A DNA stretch of 64,000 nt from Thermodesulfobacteriota bacterium (GTDB lineage: Bacteria > Desulfobacterota > QYQD01): the NCBI GenBank assembly GCA_031082315.1, contig JAVHLC010000001.1, positions 221,224 to 285,223 on the forward strand, given 5' to 3'. A program made the position numbers and the translations under genes. Within the stretch, counting starts at the first letter, position 1. Every line of letters begins with the position of its first letter. Below the pieces are notes generated by a model. That model was not told where the DNA came from and did no database searches. It saw nothing but the letters and a program-made list of their open reading frames with translations. Shown piece after piece: positions 63,995-64,000 of this stretch.

Positions 63995-64000
63995 TATCTG

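Overview
The window appears to be a bacterial chromosome segment from a diderm anaerobe, with two very different halves. The calls of diderm and anaerobe rest on the presence of LptD, four-subunit 2-oxoacid:ferredoxin oxidoreductase, radical-SAM enzymes and MoaA.

(1) Positions 1 to about 37,400 are a single-orientation, minus-strand surface-glycan biosynthesis locus of 31 tightly packed genes. Its GC content is visibly lower than the rest of the window. It is headed by a NusG-paralog antiterminator-like gene and an HTH regulator, followed by a strong intrinsic terminator. The locus combines several modules that are rarely seen together:
- A complete 2-aminoethylphosphonate (AEP) pathway: a PEP mutase fused to a nucleotidyltransferase, phosphonopyruvate decarboxylase and AEP transaminase.
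- Tailoring and transfer genes next to that pathway: two SAM methyltransferases, a LicC-like nucleotidyltransferase and a CDP-alcohol phosphotransferase.
- A PAPS/sulfation module: APS kinase, sulfotransferase and a Thr-type alkaline-phosphatase-superfamily enzyme.
- A nonulosonic-acid (sialic/pseudaminic-like) module: a NeuB-like synthase, a CMP-sugar synthetase, a DegT aminotransferase and a HAD phosphatase.
- Accessory and general glycan genes: a B12-binding radical-SAM enzyme, a 1012-aa PEP-utilising (PEP-synthase-like) multidomain enzyme, Wzx, Wzz, UXS, a GT4 glycosyltransferase and a heparinase II/III-like protein.

The best candidate for an undescribed system is the phosphonate (possibly N-methylated), sulfate and nonulosonate decoration system in this locus.

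(2) Positions 38,000 to 64,000 are a housekeeping region: radA, M18 aminopeptidase, rpsF-rpsR-DUF2232-rplI, dnaB, lptD, folC, an MBL hydrolase, a UvrD-like helicase, rhomboid, histidine kinases, porGDAB, recR-ybaB-dnaX, two tRNA-Ser genes, tadA and moaA. This region is peppered with a previously unremarked family of palindromic intergenic repeats built from GCTGAnn heptamers plus a GGAAAC-N4-GTTTCC hairpin module.

A second small box-plus-hairpin element occurs twice inside the glycan operon with compensatory stem changes.

All calls are from reading translations and motifs by eye. No database search was possible.
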